In this document: positions 61,288 through 64,000 of the stretch, piece after piece
How positions within the stretch are numbered: the stretch's first letter is position 1
Layout of the letters: each line of letters opens with the position of its first letter
Assembly (NCBI GenBank): GCA_963709225.1
Contig: CAVPVM010000002.1
Span: 527,168 to 591,167 of the forward strand
Length of the DNA: 64,000 nt
Direction of reading: 5' to 3'
DNA from: an uncultured Solirubrobacterales bacterium
GTDB lineage: Bacteria; Actinomycetota; Thermoleophilia; Solirubrobacterales; Solirubrobacteraceae
Translations under genes and position numbers: made by a program
The notes under the pieces: model-generated
Told to the model about the DNA's origin: nothing
The model's input: the letters and a program-made list of their open reading frames with translations, nothing else
The model's database searches: none

Positions 61288-61998
61288 ATGGTTCGTTTTC
61301 AAACGTGCGCCGGGTTTTGCGGCCGGCGCAAGCGCACGGTTTTTGCAGTAAGCATCGCCGCAAGCTTGGCCGGACTAGGCGCTACTGTCGCCGTTGCGGC
61401 TCGAGCGAGTAGCTCAACGCCAACGGCGTCAACCAGCGTTGCCGCCAACGACAACGGCGCGTGGGGGCAGGGAGTAGCGTCATCTCCCGATGCGGCAGAT
61501 GCTGCGGCGTTTGCCATTCTAACCCGTCCGGCCGCGGCTTCGGACGCTGTGCCGGCAGACGAGTCGGTCGGGCTACCAGAGGGCTCGTTCGTTGGACTGT
61601 TCGGAGCAAATCTGGAGCTGTCTCGGGCAGCAACGGGCTTTACGAGCGGCGGCGCATGGGTCGTGCCGGGCAGTGGAGCCATGTGTCTCGTAGCCGACAG
61701 CATGTACGCCCCCGGCGCAAGCCTTCGAACACTTGAAGGTGGAGCGGCTTGTGTGACGGATGCGCGTGCGCTTCGAGGAGGACTTGAGTTCACGGTTCAC
61801 AACGAGGACAACGCCGGGTACGAAACGCTGGCAGGACTCGTGCCGAATGGGGTCCAGCAGGTCACGGCGGAACTAGGCGGCGGCGAAACAGTCCAACTTC
61901 CTGTGTTCGACAACGTGTATTTAGGACATATCGCGGGAGCGGCAAGCGCTGTTACGTTTACCGACGCAAGCGGCACAACCATCACTCAATCGACGTAA
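61288..61998 (+). CDS. membrane-anchored protein, family A copy 2
   Basis: TM FAVSIAASLAGLGATVAVAA. Shares FAILTRP, WVVPGSGAMCLVA, AC and GLVPNGVQQVTA...LPVFDNVYLG. Confidence 0.7.
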   Translation: MVRFQTCAGFCGRRKRTVFAVSIAASLAGLGATVAVAARASSSTPTASTSVAANDNGAWGQGVASSPDAADAAAFAILTRPAAASDAVPADESVGLPEGSFVGLFGANLELSRAATGFTSGGAWVVPGSGAMCLVADSMYAPGASLRTLEGGAACVTDARALRGGLEFTVHNEDNAGYETLAGLVPNGVQQVTAELGGGETVQLPVFDNVYLGHIAGAASAVTFTDASGTTITQST

Positions 61999-62077
61999 AC
62001 CGCCAACCCTTTGCGCAGCAGCAACTCGCACCGTGGCTTGCGGCTAAGCGTCACGTAATGGAAGGAACAGGCTCGTA

Positions 62078-62611
62078 ATGCACAGACACTTACCCAACCG
62101 TCGCACCGCCGGCGCGCAGCGTGGCTTGCATAAGCTTCGACATGCGGGCGCAGCGATGGTGACCACGTGCTTCGTTTTGCTGGGTCTTGCTGTGATACCT
62201 ACGCTAGCAAGCGCGTATACGTATAATGACACCTGGGAAGTAAACGCCACCAATTTTGAATCCAACGGTAATGTGCTGTTTAGCGATCCCTGCGTCGGCG
62301 GCGACAGTTTTGCTAACTACTACGTGGGCTCGTCGTGCCAGTGGGGCGGAGCCGCATGGCAGTATCACAACTGGACGGCTGGAGAGGTCGAACAGCTTTC
62401 CACGCGGTCTATCGAGGGGCTTGGACTCGCGGTCAGCAAGAGCAACCTATCCGAACCGTGGTCGACGTGGTTTCCGGAAAGCGGACAGTACGACACGCTT
62501 TTTTCTACGGTGCCCGGTAGCTACGACCCGGACAACGTCGCAGTTGGAGTGGAGTGGCTTTGCGGCTCTGGATGCGGAAGCGATCTACTTTGGGGATGGT
62601 CGGGGCAATGA
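62078..62611 (+). CDS. small secreted Trp/Gly-rich four-Cys protein, family B copy 2
   Basis: GGAAGGA RBS and signal peptide ending TLASA. The mature protein of about 130 aa has 4 Cys and 9 Trp and ends in LLWGWSGQ. Confidence 0.7.
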   Translation: MHRHLPNRRTAGAQRGLHKLRHAGAAMVTTCFVLLGLAVIPTLASAYTYNDTWEVNATNFESNGNVLFSDPCVGGDSFANYYVGSSCQWGGAAWQYHNWTAGEVEQLSTRSIEGLGLAVSKSNLSEPWSTWFPESGQYDTLFSTVPGSYDPDNVAVGVEWLCGSGCGSDLLWGWSGQ

Positions 62612-63324
62612 TCAGAGGCAAGGTTTTCTTTCGACGTCTTTCAGATCACCCGCGCCGCCTTGCGAGTTTTCGCCGAATTCTGGCCATTGCAGTTCCTTGT
62701 GGAGGACTAGCAGTGGGCGTTGTTGTCCATGCCGCGGCAGCGACCGCTCCGCATAGCGACCAAGGCCGCGCTGGACATTCGACGCGCAAGGCGGCCATCG
62801 GCATGGACGCTTACCCTCAACAGGCGAGTCTGTTTCTTGCGCTGCGCCAGCCGGCTAGCACTCCAGCTCCGTCATTGATGGCGCTTGCGGAGGAAATGGC
62901 CGCAGCGGACGGACAGTCGCCGTCACCCTCAGGGCTTCAGCCGACTCTATTGAGAATGGTTTACGCGGACGGAGACACGATCAGCGACATTCTGCCGACG
63001 ACTCGCGGCGTATGCCTGGTCGCCGTGGTCGGCGGAGCCGGTATCGGAGCATGCGCGTCAACAGCTACAGCCGCGCAGAACGGAATTGTGGTGCAGCAAA
63101 ACGACGGCCAGAGCAGCGTTGTTGTCGGCGTACTTCCAGATGGCGCGACTGATGCGACCATCGAGATCTCGGGCGGTAGTGAGTTGGCGGTTTCTCTGAA
63201 CTCGGAAAACGGCTTTGCGATGCCGGTTGACCAACCAAAGGCATTCGCTTACAGCGATGACGGATCGGTGCACACGGTCGACCTCGAATCTTCGTCAGTG
63301 GCCACGAGTGCGCAGCAGGGTTAG
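62608..63324 (+). CDS. membrane-anchored protein, family A copy 3
   Basis: ATGA overlap with B copy 2. TM ILAIAVPCGGLAVGVVV. Shares LFLALRQP, GVCLVAV, AC and GVLPDGATDATI...AVSLNSENGF. Confidence 0.65.
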   Translation: MIRGKVFFRRLSDHPRRLASFRRILAIAVPCGGLAVGVVVHAAAATAPHSDQGRAGHSTRKAAIGMDAYPQQASLFLALRQPASTPAPSLMALAEEMAAADGQSPSPSGLQPTLLRMVYADGDTISDILPTTRGVCLVAVVGGAGIGACASTATAAQNGIVVQQNDGQSSVVVGVLPDGATDATIEISGGSELAVSLNSENGFAMPVDQPKAFAYSDDGSVHTVDLESSSVATSAQQG

Positions 63325-63554
63325 GGTGGCGGCGGAGGGTAGGGAAGCCGTTGCTCGGCGCACTTGGTTGCACGCGGCGCCTGGCAGTCTCACCGTCTTC
63401 GCGTCGCGGCGGCTGGGGGGCTACTTAGGTGGCGCGCAGTGAGACAGTGGACGCTTTCGGTAGGCTTCAGCTACGCATCGGAGATGCTTTGTGCTGCTGG
63501 CGCCTCCGAAGGCCGCGAGCACATTGCACCAATGCGGACTAGAGGCTTTACATC

Positions 63555-64000
63555 ATGTTTGTTTCGCGGACAAAGCAGCTGGACGGACGACCTGCGGGAC
63601 CCATCTTGAGCGATTTGTCTGGCGACGCGGCGACCCAGTTGACCGAGGCGCAGCGGCTCAAGCGGCGCCGCCGCCGGGTGGGTTTTGGCGCGGTCGTCGC
63701 GGTCCTCGTGACGGGACTCCTGGTGTACGCGCTGGGCTTTCAAGCCGGGCCTAAGAAGACATCGGACTCGGCGGGCAGCGCGGGGGTAGCTAGATCCACC
63801 CAGACGCTGGCGCAGTGTGCCGAGACGTGGAACCAGGCCCCGCTCGGCAACGGACGCTCGCTCGCGAACGCGGCAGCCGGCGACGGCCCGGACGCATTGA
63901 TGTTCGCGTCCAGCGATGGCGTTTGCGGCGTTGCGTTTCCTTCGAGCGTGTCCGCAGCCACAGGGTTAGTTGCCGTCTTCGTGAGCGAGGTTGGCGGCGA
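63555..64000 (+). CDS. membrane-anchored hypothetical protein (3' end beyond window)
   Basis: Hand translation from ATG 63555 is open to the window end: MFVSRTKQLDGRPAG ... KRRRRRVGFGAVVAVLVTGLLVYALGF ... DALMFASSDGVCGVAF. It is not in the supplied track because no stop falls inside the window. Confidence 0.5.
   Translation, partial: MFVSRTKQLDGRPAGPILSDLSGDAATQLTEAQRLKRRRRRVGFGAVVAVLVTGLLVYALGFQAGPKKTSDSAGSAGVARSTQTLAQCAETWNQAPLGNGRSLANAAAGDGPDALMFASSDGVCGVAFPSSVSAATGLVAVFVSEVGG

Overview
High-GC (about 65-72% on the lines I counted by hand) actinobacterial-type chromosome, possibly Thermoleophilia/Conexibacter-like (low confidence). Gene starts were refined by eye from the six-frame track. 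Long Arg/Pro/Gly-rich antisense ORFs are treated as GC artefacts.

**Layout**
- **1-22 kb, housekeeping and redox metabolism:** APC permease, GNAT, greA, a split ABC-2 exporter, tandem-Usp proteins, an NlpC/P60 hydrolase behind a ydaO-type (c-di-AMP) riboswitch, GT39 glycosyltransferase, gap, and a pyruvate/2-oxoacid:ferredoxin oxidoreductase operon. The fourth gene of that operon looks like a PorD ferredoxin split by a GltD-like flavoprotein module.
- **22-33 kb, dense signalling cluster:** two LuxR/NarL response regulators, two HD-GYP proteins (one with a degenerate receiver), two soluble PAS hybrid histidine kinases, a GAF-REC protein and a PAS-GGDEF-EAL protein.
- **33-56.7 kb:** ppdK, a kdpB remnant, miscellaneous oxidoreductases, a 960-aa LAL/LuxR regulator, a NarL/REC/HisKA_3 module, and an epoxide-hydrolase operon with one frameshifted member.
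- **56,732-56,773:** only the 3' half of a tRNA-Met(CAU) gene is present, which looks like an att scar.
- **56.8-64 kb, candidate genomic island:** GC drops locally to about 42-52% on the lines I counted. It carries an LmbU-like regulator, an ECF sigma factor and a repeated cassette of unassignable genes: three paralogous membrane-anchored two-Cys proteins interleaved with two small Trp/Gly-rich four-Cys secreted proteins. I consider this the most likely undescribed system.

**Non-coding structure**
- Two clusters of three tandem perfect palindromes with a GCATGC core, each at a convergent gene junction.
- A 36-bp tandem repeat covering a stop codon.
- A duplicated gene 3' end.
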